From the IMG/VR virus record IMGVR_UViG_3300037262_000003, positions 32,001 to 96,000 of that record: a stretch of DNA of 64,000 nucleotides, one strand, 5' to 3'. Shown here piece by piece: positions 18,702 through 27,775 of this stretch (within the stretch, counting starts at the first letter, position 1; the number at the start of each line of letters is the position of its first letter). A model generated the notes under the pieces. It made no database searches and was not told the origin of the DNA. It was given only the letters and a program-made list of their open reading frames with translations. Both the position numbers and the translations under genes were made by a program. Source of the stretch: a virus.

Positions 18702-20327
18702 TTACGCTCCCTTGCGGGTGAATACGCTTCCGTAGTTGGAGGCAGTCTGGGTAGTTCCCGAGGGATTACCCCCCCAGGAGCTATCCAAGGCGATAGTATT
18801 CGACACTGTGGTGTTAAACGCGACATTCGTTGCCTGGCTGGACAGGAACCACGCGTCAGTGCTAGCCCCGCCCTGAAGATTTCCAGTAAACGCCACTCCA
18901 CCCTTGATGAAAATGTTGACCACGCCAGACGTACCAGTCGATATGACGACCATCCTCAACCGGATCTCTCCGGTGTACGTTGTGCTCGGGGCCATTGCTG
19001 TTGCGCCGATAATGTCACCACCGGAAGTAGACACAGCAGTACCGTTGAGGCTGGGCTTGTACCCGTATGTCTCGACTGTCGTCCAGGTAGTAAAGCTGAA
19101 TGGAGTCTCTATCTCGTAGATGGTCCCGACCTGGGCGTCATTAGCAGGGATGGACCACTGCCTGGTCATCGGATTGTATCCGGTGAGGTTGGCGTTGTTG
19201 TCTACGGTATTATCGGCCTGGGTGATGAGAGTGTATCCAGAAAGAGCCGAATGAGGTGAGGTGACTCCGCCCGATAGCGCGATGGGCGCATTGGCTGTGA
19301 TCTCGGATGAGTTCCAGACTAGTATTTCCAGGGCTCCCGCCGCAGAGATCGACATGAGGTAGCCCTCACATAGATGACCGGCTGCCAGACCCGTCTCACT
19401 GCTCAACAGGGCTATTCCGACACCCTTGCTATCTGCTGTGCTGACCGGGCCAGTCAACCACGACACAATCTGCTCGGTAGAACCCGATCCCTGAGCCCAT
19501 GTCTGAAATTTTGCCGGTGTTAGCTCGACAGTAGTACCTGTTGCCTGGACGTGAGCAGCCGATGATCCGTTAAGGGTGTCTCCGAATACAGTCAAAGCCG
19601 AGTAAGCATTGCTTGACCCGGTACCATACGTGGCCACTCCCGAAATGTATTGATTGCCATCCGCCTCAGGCACGTTGATTATCTCATAGTCGTTCCCGGG
19701 CACGGGGGACACGGAGGCGTCGAGGTTTCCGGATGCCGGTGTTCCAGTATAGGCGAGGATCTGCCCGCTGGTTCCGTCCGCGATAAACGTAGCTCCGGTG
19801 ATTGTGCCGCCTGTGATGTCGGGCTCAACCACACCCAGAGGGTTAGTTCCTGCGCCGCTCTGCGCTGAGGTCACCCAGGAGAATGTGGATGTGCCCGAGT
19901 TGAACGTCCAAATCTGGGCAGGACCGTAGAATGTGGTGCCGTCCACTGCAAAGGTCTCGTACCAGACATCCCCGATCTTAGGGTCAGCGGGAGCGCTCGG
20001 AGTGTAGTAAACCGCAGTGATCCCTGCATTGATTATGGGGTCAAGATCAAGCGGGCCGATCCATGCGGGCTGAGAAGGATCACCGCCAATGAACGAGCAG
20101 GCCACTGTGGTCGTGTTATTGGGAATCGAATAGTACGTTCCCAGCGGCACAGCCCAGGCAGACACAGAGTTGCCCAGAACCTGAGGCACATTCAACTGGA
20201 GACGGCCCACGCCAAGAGGGTCATCGTTATTGATGACAGTTCCGGCGTAGATACCTGGCCATAGTGGTACTGTGCCCTCGCCTGCGCTGGGTAGATAAGT
20301 ACTTCCGTTGTTGACTGGGGTTGTCAT
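18702..20327 (-). CDS. Baseplate spike (gpV/gp5 OB-fold) with long fibre-like C-terminus
   Basis: GIYAGTV..NDDP..GR....VP...WA.P...FIGGDP..P.W. Confidence 0.85.
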   Translation of the reverse strand: MTTPVNNGSTYLPSAGEGTVPLWPGIYAGTVINNDDPLGVGRLQLNVPQVLGNSVSAWAVPLGTYYSIPNNTTTVACSFIGGDPSQPAWIGPLDLDPIINAGITAVYYTPSAPADPKIGDVWYETFAVDGTTFYGPAQIWTFNSGTSTFSWVTSAQSGAGTNPLGVVEPDITGGTITGATFIADGTSGQILAYTGTPASGNLDASVSPVPGNDYEIINVPEADGNQYISGVATYGTGSSNAYSALTVFGDTLNGSSAAHVQATGTTVELTPAKFQTWAQGSGSTEQIVSWLTGPVSTADSKGVGIALLSSETGLAAGHLCEGYLMSISAAGALEILVWNSSEITANAPIALSGGVTSPHSALSGYTLITQADNTVDNNANLTGYNPMTRQWSIPANDAQVGTIYEIETPFSFTTWTTVETYGYKPSLNGTAVSTSGGDIIGATAMAPSTTYTGEIRLRMVVISTGTSGVVNIFIKGGVAFTGNLQGGASTDAWFLSSQATNVAFNTTVSNTIALDSSWGGNPSGTTQTASNYGSVFTRKGA

Positions 20328-21505
20328 CAGGCTCCGTTGGCTATGCCGTCAACAATCACAGTCTGCTGCGATGCCTGCCATACGCCCTTATTGCTGACGC
20401 AGGAGACTATCTCCGGTGAGACTGTGACTATATTCTTGTAGGCCGGGACTGGCCCGCCACTGTTTCTTAGGATGTCTACTTGTGTAGTGTACTTGTCGAG
20501 TGTGGCCAAGGGTGAACCTGACATCAAGAGAAGATGTCTTGTCCTGGATATCACCCAGTACCCAATATTACCAGCGGGCAGGGCGTTACCATCTAGGTAA
20601 ACAATCTTGCCGGGATAGAGGCCCTGGTCACCGAAGAACTCAGCGGAAGCCCCGATCCAGAACTGACTAAGGCCAGCCCATGCGTTGATGACCTGCTGAC
20701 CTTCGCCTATGCTGGTGACTGATCTCGTAGTGTTGACAATAGTAGGTCCGCTTCCTCCTGTGGAGTTGGAGATGAGGTTGCCAGTAGCTCCGTCAATTCC
20801 GTAGACGACACGATTTGCCACAGTTGCTCCGGGTAGGTTATTTCCCTGGAGGACGGTGAAGTCTCGCATGGTGTCCTGCTGAAGCTGGGACTTGTCCTGC
20901 TGGAACGTAGACACATTCTGGTTGAATCCTCCCATGAAGTAGATCGCGGGGTCCACGAAGTACAGCGTGCCATTGCTGCACCAGAATCTGTACCCCGTCT
21001 TCTGGGCGAGATAGTTCATGAACTGGAAGTCAGACATGTTGGCCTGGGTCAACTGATTCTGTATCTGAGCGCCCGACGTTACGACACAGCGAAATCCGTA
21101 CTTCTTGGCCATGGACTTAGCCACGAACGTGCCAGTGACATTACCCCACTGATAGCTCTGCTGGGTGTTCATGGGATAGCTAGTCCCGATGCAGTAGTAA
21201 GTGATCTGAAGATTGTGCGAGCCCGACTCTGCGTTCGACTTCATCTCGTAGTGGTTCAAGTACCCGTACCAGGTCATGAGCGCACCCGAAGACTGGCCCC
21301 AAGTCATAGTGATCAGGGCGTCAGAGGGCCATGTCACGATAGAAGACATGTCCTCACCACGGTTGTATTCGATACGCATGGCTGCGATGTCGTGCATACC
21401 CCAGCACATGTCAAGTGAGACGTTAAGTATCACATCTGATACAGGCACGCCGTTTACGGTCACTGCGTAAACGACGGGTGCTACTGGTATTAGCGTGGAC
21501 GCCAT
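20327..21505 (-). CDS. Baseplate hub (gpD/VgrG-like)
   Basis: Q...SDFQFM..LA...GY; G...LYPG.IV.L.G; gene order. Confidence 0.8.
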   Translation of the reverse strand: MASTLIPVAPVVYAVTVNGVPVSDVILNVSLDMCWGMHDIAAMRIEYNRGEDMSSIVTWPSDALITMTWGQSSGALMTWYGYLNHYEMKSNAESGSHNLQITYYCIGTSYPMNTQQSYQWGNVTGTFVAKSMAKKYGFRCVVTSGAQIQNQLTQANMSDFQFMNYLAQKTGYRFWCSNGTLYFVDPAIYFMGGFNQNVSTFQQDKSQLQQDTMRDFTVLQGNNLPGATVANRVVYGIDGATGNLISNSTGGSGPTIVNTTRSVTSIGEGQQVINAWAGLSQFWIGASAEFFGDQGLYPGKIVYLDGNALPAGNIGYWVISRTRHLLLMSGSPLATLDKYTTQVDILRNSGGPVPAYKNIVTVSPEIVSCVSNKGVWQASQQTVIVDGIANGA

Positions 21506-21554
21506 TACGATACCGTTCCGATGTACTTGAAGACATTACCCATTAGTCCCATGT

Positions 21555-21836
21555 CTATGAGACCGGGATTCTGATCTGGACTCCGACTGGCAAGACTGAC
21601 CAGTCAATGATAACGTCCGGATTGATGTCAGCGATCTGCCACCACAGGGAAGAGTCGCCTAGATACGTGTTCGCCAAATTATCCAGCCTGTCAAAGCCCG
21701 TGACTGTATGAAGCATGAATGAGAACTGTGTGGACTCAGGCTCGGGCAGGGTGATGGTCGTCCTGTTGATGCCGTCAGAGCCTGTGATCATGACCAGAGG
21801 ATCGTTGGCGTACCTGCTGTTTGTTGTGATTGCCAT
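21555..21836 (-). CDS. LysM/tail-X-like baseplate protein
   Basis: DRLDNLA..YLGD..LWWQIADINP...G..IRIP. Confidence 0.85.
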   Translation of the reverse strand: MAITTNSRYANDPLVMITGSDGINRTTITLPEPESTQFSFMLHTVTGFDRLDNLANTYLGDSSLWWQIADINPDVIIDWSVLPVGVQIRIPVS

Positions 21837-23971
21837 TAGCCTGTCACTCCCGCTGCGATGTTCCTGATGACTGCGCTCTTGGTCAGCCCGGTCTCTACTG
21901 CCTGAACCAAAGCAGCGGCGGTTGACTGCACATCAGGAGAGTTGTTGGTGCCCGACGTTAGGCCGCTTCCGTTGGTGGTCATTGTGATGGAACCGCTCTG
22001 GAAGATGATAGACAGTCCGGAACCACCAGAACCACCTATGCCTCCCGAGAATGAAGGCTGTAGCATCTTGGCAGTCTGTGCAGCGTTGATGATCTGCTGT
22101 CCGCCGGACATGGCCACGACTTCAGGGCCACGCTCACCGACAACTGCAAGACCGGGCTTGGTACTGCTAGACCCGTCCGAGTACCAGTTGTACTGACGCT
22201 CATGCGCCCAAGCAGTCTCGGGATCTCCATAGCGCTGCTTGATGTACTTAAGACCTGCCTGGATCTGGGTCGCAGGATCACTGCTCTTGGAATAACCTAC
22301 AGTGCCCCATGTCGTGTTGAGGAACTGGGCAATACCATACGCGGTAGAGGTCGGATTCTGGGCAGTGTTGTTCCATCCCGACTCCTGGTTCCACAGCGAT
22401 ACCAGGTCGTCCCATTCAGTGCCAGAGTTCCATCCCTTGTAAGAAGAGTTCACCGAGATGATGTTCTTGGCCATGGCCTGGTTCTGCGATGCCGAGCTTG
22501 ACGACGCACCAGTGTTGCCCGCTCCGCTACCACCGCTAGATGTGGAGTATCCAGTGAGGTCAGCAGCGAGGCCCGTGATGTCCTTGCCTAGGCTGCTGAC
22601 ATTGCCAGCGATAGCGTCAATGACTGTGTTGGAAATACCACCAGCACCTGCCCCGATTACGCCCGAAGAGTTAAGAGATCCCACAGCGCCAGCGAATCCC
22701 GAGGTACCTGCCATGGACTGCAATCCCTTGGCCAGGGCAGCGGTGAACTTGTTGATCATCCCGGTAGCATCCTGTAGACCCTGCGTGAACGCCTGGTTTC
22801 CGCCAGCCTCAGCACCTGTCTGACCTGCCTGGGCCTGAGTCATGGACTGTAGTAGAGACTGGCTCATGCCATGCTGACTCAGCCAGGACTGGGCCGCCTT
22901 CTGCTGAGAAGCCGATCCGTTCATGTACTGGCCGACTTCGTTCTGCATCTGGTTCATCGTCGTCTTACTGCCGACGACGGCCGTGTTCTCCTGTGCCCAC
23001 TGCTGTGACCATGTGTTGTACTGAGACTGGCTCATGCCAGTGGCGTCCATGATCTGCATCTGGAACAGAGGGTTGTCTAGGTTAGCTGAAAGGTTCTGGC
23101 TATTGAATGTGCCAGTAGCGGAGTTGTATCCCTGGAATCCGAATCTCTGCCCGATAGCGCCTTCGACGGCGTTGATGTTGTTGGTCTTGCCAGTGCCGAG
23201 CTGGAGAGGGGTGGTGTTAACACCCATCATCATAAGGTTGTATGACGTGCTGGCGTTGTAAAACTGCCCGGCTACACCTGCTGAGCTAGCCATTCCAAGG
23301 CCGGGGTTAGCCATGGCAGTAGTTGCGGCAAGACCGAATGCCCCATTGCCTCTGCCGTATGTTCCTCCAGCAGGTGCGGTGTAATTCGCCTGTCCCGAGA
23401 TCTGCGACAGGAGCTGTCCTCCGAGACGGGCGTCACTTGCCGATGTGGCCATGTTGTTCTGTGTGAGGTTTGCGCCGTTTCCACCGCCGAATGCCGTGGT
23501 GATGGCGGACTTCGACGAGACGTTCCAGAATGCAGCCTGGGTGTAGCCGTATGTGTTGATCGTGGCCTGGTTGTTTAGCTGCGCAGCACCGGCAGCGAAC
23601 TGCCCGTTGACGGCAGAACTTGCAACGTTGACAAGGGCCTGAGCACCCGATCCGCTACCACCTGTGATACTGAAAGGGTTAACGCCTGACGTACCGCCTG
23701 ATCCGTTGTATCCGCCCGATCCTAGATTGCTGGCAGCACCATTAGACCCGCCACCCGCTCCTGCGTATGATCCACCGGAGAATGCCACTCCCTGAGCCGC
23801 AAGACTAGACGACATGGCAGGACTAGTAGTCATGCCGTTGCCGTTAGAGATACCCTGGATGGCAGTAGTCAGTCCGTCCATTGTGCTGTCAAGACGGTCA
23901 ATGGACTGCTGAAGGTCTGCCGACCCTGAGAGTACGCCCCCCATGGGGTCTGACTGCGATGGTGTGGTCAT
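21836..23971 (-). CDS. Tape measure protein with C-terminal lytic transglycosylase domain
   Basis: LWNQESGWN..AQNPTSTAYGIAQFL...GLKYIKQRYG; VVGERGPE; SD before ATG 23971. Confidence 0.85.
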   Translation of the reverse strand: MTTPSQSDPMGGVLSGSADLQQSIDRLDSTMDGLTTAIQGISNGNGMTTSPAMSSSLAAQGVAFSGGSYAGAGGGSNGAASNLGSGGYNGSGGTSGVNPFSITGGSGSGAQALVNVASSAVNGQFAAGAAQLNNQATINTYGYTQAAFWNVSSKSAITTAFGGGNGANLTQNNMATSASDARLGGQLLSQISGQANYTAPAGGTYGRGNGAFGLAATTAMANPGLGMASSAGVAGQFYNASTSYNLMMMGVNTTPLQLGTGKTNNINAVEGAIGQRFGFQGYNSATGTFNSQNLSANLDNPLFQMQIMDATGMSQSQYNTWSQQWAQENTAVVGSKTTMNQMQNEVGQYMNGSASQQKAAQSWLSQHGMSQSLLQSMTQAQAGQTGAEAGGNQAFTQGLQDATGMINKFTAALAKGLQSMAGTSGFAGAVGSLNSSGVIGAGAGGISNTVIDAIAGNVSSLGKDITGLAADLTGYSTSSGGSGAGNTGASSSSASQNQAMAKNIISVNSSYKGWNSGTEWDDLVSLWNQESGWNNTAQNPTSTAYGIAQFLNTTWGTVGYSKSSDPATQIQAGLKYIKQRYGDPETAWAHERQYNWYSDGSSSTKPGLAVVGERGPEVVAMSGGQQIINAAQTAKMLQPSFSGGIGGSGGSGLSIIFQSGSITMTTNGSGLTSGTNNSPDVQSTAAALVQAVETGLTKSAVIRNIAAGVTG

Positions 23972-24026
23972 CGGGCCTCTTTCTCGTAATATGATTAGTA
24001 TATCTTCTACAAGCTTGGAGTCCCCT

Positions 24027-24938
24027 GTGCCCATCTTCGCAAGCCAGTTTGGCTATGCCAACGCCTATGACCCGATTGGACTTGATACGGGCACGCCATC
24101 AGTCGGTGCCACTCTAGGCAAGTCAGCCAAGGCTTCACCTACTGAGCCCGAAAAGGTAGGTGCCAGTGTAGGAGCATCAGCCGCAGCGTCAGCAGCAGCG
24201 GAAGCGGCAGCGTCCAACGCTGCCAACCAGCAGCTATCCAGCTCTAACGGCAACGCAGGATCGACATCACTGGCTAACCAGGGCACACTGAACAAGCTGA
24301 CCCGTATGGAGTCAATGACTGCCGGGGCCACTAACGCTCCCCTCTCTGACCCGCAGACGAACACTTACAGGTCAGATAGCGACATGCTTGACACACCGAG
24401 TGGCCCGACACCAAAGGAAGCCACTGTTAGCGCCCCGGCAAAGTCGTCTCACACTCTTGCTGCATCGTCAGGTGGCGGGGGATTCTTCCACAGCATTGCC
24501 AACGGATTCGACACTGCCCGTCATTCTGTGTCAGCGGGAACTGACTGGCTCATGAACACCAACGGGACTAACCCCAGTAGCCCGAACAACATGGGATCTG
24601 CCAAGACATACGCACCTCGCGGCACTACTGACTCAGGTGTGACAGAACCTTCCAATGTGTGGAACCCATCTCAGTACACCAACACTCCAAGCCCGAGCGG
24701 CAATGGAAGTGTGATGGCTGGCGTGTCCAGCCCTAGTGCTATCGCTGCTGAGTCAAGCCCGCGTGCCATCGGCATGAACGGTGCCTACAATGAGCAGCAG
24801 TTCGGCCGTCTACAGCAGGCACGTAACGCAGCGCAGTCCCAGGTCGATGACAATGACGCTCCTGGCTGGATGCAGGACATCGAGAATTTCGCCAACAGCC
24901 CGCAGGGCAAGCTTGTAGGAGCAGACGACGACGGCTAA
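24027..24938 (+). CDS. Low-complexity Ser/Ala/Thr-rich protein, inverted within the tail operon
   Basis: Long ORF; GGAG 6 nt before GTG 24027; fills the gap between two - strand genes. Confidence 0.7.
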   Translation: MPIFASQFGYANAYDPIGLDTGTPSVGATLGKSAKASPTEPEKVGASVGASAAASAAAEAAASNAANQQLSSSNGNAGSTSLANQGTLNKLTRMESMTAGATNAPLSDPQTNTYRSDSDMLDTPSGPTPKEATVSAPAKSSHTLAASSGGGGFFHSIANGFDTARHSVSAGTDWLMNTNGTNPSSPNNMGSAKTYAPRGTTDSGVTEPSNVWNPSQYTNTPSPSGNGSVMAGVSSPSAIAAESSPRAIGMNGAYNEQQFGRLQQARNAAQSQVDDNDAPGWMQDIENFANSPQGKLVGADDDG

Positions 24939-25730
24939 TCACTTCTTCTTGGTGGTCTTCTTCGGTGGCACATAGTTCTTTAGGTTCCCGTAAGGGTTAA
25001 GAACTCCCTGTGCCATCGCCCCATTGGAGAGATAACTGCTTGACGTGCTTGGCAGCATCTGGAATGAGATGTCAATCGTCGCACGATAGGGCACCATGTT
25101 CTGGGTGAATGCCGTGTACGTAACGTCCCACTCGTTGATGAAGCCGTAGTATCCCAGCCTGTTCTCCTGTGCCATGCGAGTAGCGTTGGCACCCACATTC
25201 TGCCCGAAGTACACCCAAGAGAAAATGTTCATCATGACCCCGCCCTTGTTAACGGTCGGGGTCTTTATCTTTGTCGTGCCGGAAGCCAGATTCGACAGCA
25301 TACCGGTGAACTGCATGATCTGCACAACGTCAGACTGCACGCCAATCAATGAAGGGTCGTTGGACGTGCCGTTTGGCTTATTGTAGTTGACTTCATACGT
25401 GCGGTCGAAGTACAGTGTCCATGACACTGACTGGGACAGCGGAATAGCCAGAACGGAACTAGCCCCAGGAGCGTTGTAAAGCATGGCTGCCTGGGCCTGG
25501 TTCGATTCAATGGAGAACGCAGCATAGACCTGCTGAGGATTGTACATAAAATTGAACGTAGCCCGGCCACCGTAGGAGCCTCCGGTGTAACCCAGGTTAC
25601 CTCCGTTGACATCCCAGATCATGTAGCCCTTCTGGAGGTTAGGCGTCAGGCCCATGGCCCGGTCCTTGGTAGCCGATAGCTGCTTAGCAAATGGCGGCTG
25701 TGTGATTAGGGCCTGTGTTGCTGTAGCCAT
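24939..25730 (-). CDS. Tail tube initiator-like protein
   Basis: FNFMYNP, LYFDRT, YYGFI..W.V.Y..F...MVP.R. Confidence 0.7.
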   Translation of the reverse strand: MATATQALITQPPFAKQLSATKDRAMGLTPNLQKGYMIWDVNGGNLGYTGGSYGGRATFNFMYNPQQVYAAFSIESNQAQAAMLYNAPGASSVLAIPLSQSVSWTLYFDRTYEVNYNKPNGTSNDPSLIGVQSDVVQIMQFTGMLSNLASGTTKIKTPTVNKGGVMMNIFSWVYFGQNVGANATRMAQENRLGYYGFINEWDVTYTAFTQNMVPYRATIDISFQMLPSTSSSYLSNGAMAQGVLNPYGNLKNYVPPKKTTKKK

Positions 25731-25918
25731 TGCTCGCGGGCCTTTCGTTCGATTTCAATCATCTCTGAAGCCCAGTTTACATAGTGACGGCGTATCCTTA
25801 CGGACATCCCCATTAGCTCGTTGAAGCCCCAGCCCGTGAAGTACTGGGACAACTCCCCCACGTCCTGAATGGTCTGCTTGTAGTTCAGACCCTTAAACGA
25901 AGCCGAGGAGGAGGTCAC
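25706..25918 (-). CDS. Tail assembly chaperone second part, probably reached by +1 frameshift
   Basis: L...F.GW...E...M..R.R pattern; overlaps upstream gene end in the +1 frame. Confidence 0.65.
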   Translation of the reverse strand: MTSSSASFKGLNYKQTIQDVGELSQYFTGWGFNELMGMSVRIRRHYVNWASEMIEIERKAREQWLQQHRP

Positions 25919-26729
25919 GAAACAGATCCACCATGCTGAGTGCCAGCTTCACTTCCTTCTGGCACTCCTCATGCACGAAGCTGATCACGTTGTAACGCGG
26001 GCCAGGCTGACGATCGCTAATTGCTTCGACAAGATTGTGACGGTCTGGGATGTTCATCTCTGCGATGGCACCAGGGAATGCCTGAACGTGAATGCTCGAT
26101 CCGTCAGTACGCGTGATGGTCTTGACGCAGCGGCGTAGCATCTCGGAGTTACGCTCTGTGGCAGTCCAGTTCTTGTTGTCGCAAGCCTTCTGATCCACGC
26201 CCGTTGGGAATCGGACTAGGGCCTTGGCACCACGACGGAGTTCGATCTCGAAACCAGGCTCTCCGTATTCATTGGATTCCAAGGCGACACGTTCAACGCT
26301 GTCAGCGAGGGAGAAATTCAAATCACTCTGGACACCGCAGTGCGGGCAGGTCCATCCTTCGAGTTCAAAGTCAGGCCCGTACGTAGCCACACGGATCTGG
26401 ATGAGAAGCTCGTCACGGTCACCTAGCAAGAGGTTGGCAACACTGTCAGGAGTCGCGGGTATTCCCTGAATGTGCGTCACCCCACGGTTAAGCAGGGTGT
26501 CCATGAAGTGGAACGTTGAGTTAGATGCCATCGTCCTAGACAGGGCTTCCTCGTCAACGCCCGTGAGTTCCTTGACCTGAGCCGTCAGACCACTCGGAAG
26601 GTTGATCAGGTCACCGGGAGCGTTGGGGACAAGCGGAATGTCCTGGCTCCCGGTGAGCTGCGCGATAAGGTCGTTGACTCTGCTGGGGTTAGCTAGAGCT
26701 TCTTCTCGACTAATGAAGGTGTTTTCCAT
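25893..26729 (-). CDS. Tail assembly chaperone / baseplate hub assembly protein
   Basis: KELTG.DEE, GDRD.LL..IR..TYG, CPHC; follows the tube gene. Confidence 0.75.
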   Translation of the reverse strand: MENTFISREEALANPSRVNDLIAQLTGSQDIPLVPNAPGDLINLPSGLTAQVKELTGVDEEALSRTMASNSTFHFMDTLLNRGVTHIQGIPATPDSVANLLLGDRDELLIQIRVATYGPDFELEGWTCPHCGVQSDLNFSLADSVERVALESNEYGEPGFEIELRRGAKALVRFPTGVDQKACDNKNWTATERNSEMLRRCVKTITRTDGSSIHVQAFPGAIAEMNIPDRHNLVEAISDRQPGPRYNVISFVHEECQKEVKLALSMVDLFRDLLLGFV

Positions 26730-26754
26730 TTAATGCTCCAATTTCCTCTGTTAG

Positions 26755-27348
26755 TTAGAAGGATACTCCGGTGGTGACGTTGGTTCCTACTATGAGATCC
26801 CAACCCTCATGGGCCAGAGTCATCTGTGATACGAGAATCTGGTTTGCGCCAGCGTCAAGATCAGAGTAGGATACGGATGACGGCCATGCGTTGTAGACAC
26901 GGAACCATGCGTTGATAGGAGCGGCATAGCCCGTTACAGGATGACCGAGGATCTGAACGTCAACAGTCGCACGGAACTCGCTGCCAGGCCCGTTCGGAAA
27001 CTGGGCAGTATCATCAGTCGTAGCAGCAGCGGTGCCCTGCATGACCTGGAATAGCTGCTTGAGCCACGCCAGCTCGTACTGAGTGCCCACGGCAAGTCCA
27101 CGGCTCAGAACGATCGGGCTGAAGTCAGCCTGCCCAGGAAGCTTCTGAGTTACCGTGTTCATTGATCCGTCACGGTAAGCGATAACGCTCACAGTAACCG
27201 ACAGCCCAGACACAGACATGAATCCGACACTGATAGCACCGCCCGCAGGAGGTGTGATGCTAACGACAAACTTGAAGTTACGTATCGGGTCTGTCTGAAT
27301 GCGAGCCACACTGCTAGTCTGTGTGACCTGAATGTTACCGATGGCCGT
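26755..27348 (-). CDS. Tail tube protein (T4 gp19-like); start uncertain (ACG 27348 or GTG 27360)
   Basis: DPIRNFKF, GF.SVSGL, YRDG...KLPG..DFSPI.LSRG, NAWP, LAHEG. Confidence 0.9.
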   Translation of the reverse strand, partial: TAIGNIQVTQTSSVARIQTDPIRNFKFVVSITPPAGGAISVGFMSVSGLSVTVSVIAYRDGSMNTVTQKLPGQADFSPIVLSRGLAVGTQYELAWLKQLFQVMQGTAAATTDDTAQFPNGPGSEFRATVDVQILGHPVTGYAAPINAWFRVYNAWPSSVSYSDLDAGANQILVSQMTLAHEGWDLIVGTNVTTGVSF

Positions 27349-27766
27349 AGCCCCTTTCACGAGTGCGATGCCTATGGCAGTTGGCACACACGACTTCACA
27401 TTTGGCTATCTCGCGCAGGAGACGTGGCATAGCGTATGTCTTCATAGCAGCTACGTTTCCGGACTTCTCAAACCCTGGAAGGTGATCAAAGTCAAGAGCT
27501 TCCGGGTACCTATCGTACCCACAATCGGCACAGCCACTCTCTATCTTTATTCTATCTATAAATGCTTGACGGTCGGCGTAAGCTTCGGGAGAGATTCGGC
27601 AGTACGTGGGATCATCTTCCCGCTTACTCTTGCGCCAGTCTTTCTTCCATTCCAGCGTTTCATACGACTCGTGACGCCCGTTGTGGCCGAAGACGCGACC
27701 GCAGTAGTTACCACGCTTCATGCGATGGTTACAGCGGTCGCTGTCTTCTAGCTTTTCGAACGCCAC
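27335..27766 (-). CDS. HNH endonuclease between sheath and tube genes
   Basis: CADCG...LDFDH...KCEVVCANCHR. Confidence 0.85.
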   Translation of the reverse strand: MAFEKLEDSDRCNHRMKRGNYCGRVFGHNGRHESYETLEWKKDWRKSKREDDPTYCRISPEAYADRQAFIDRIKIESGCADCGYDRYPEALDFDHLPGFEKSGNVAAMKTYAMPRLLREIAKCEVVCANCHRHRTRERGYGHR

Positions 27767-27775
27767 GACAGTTCC

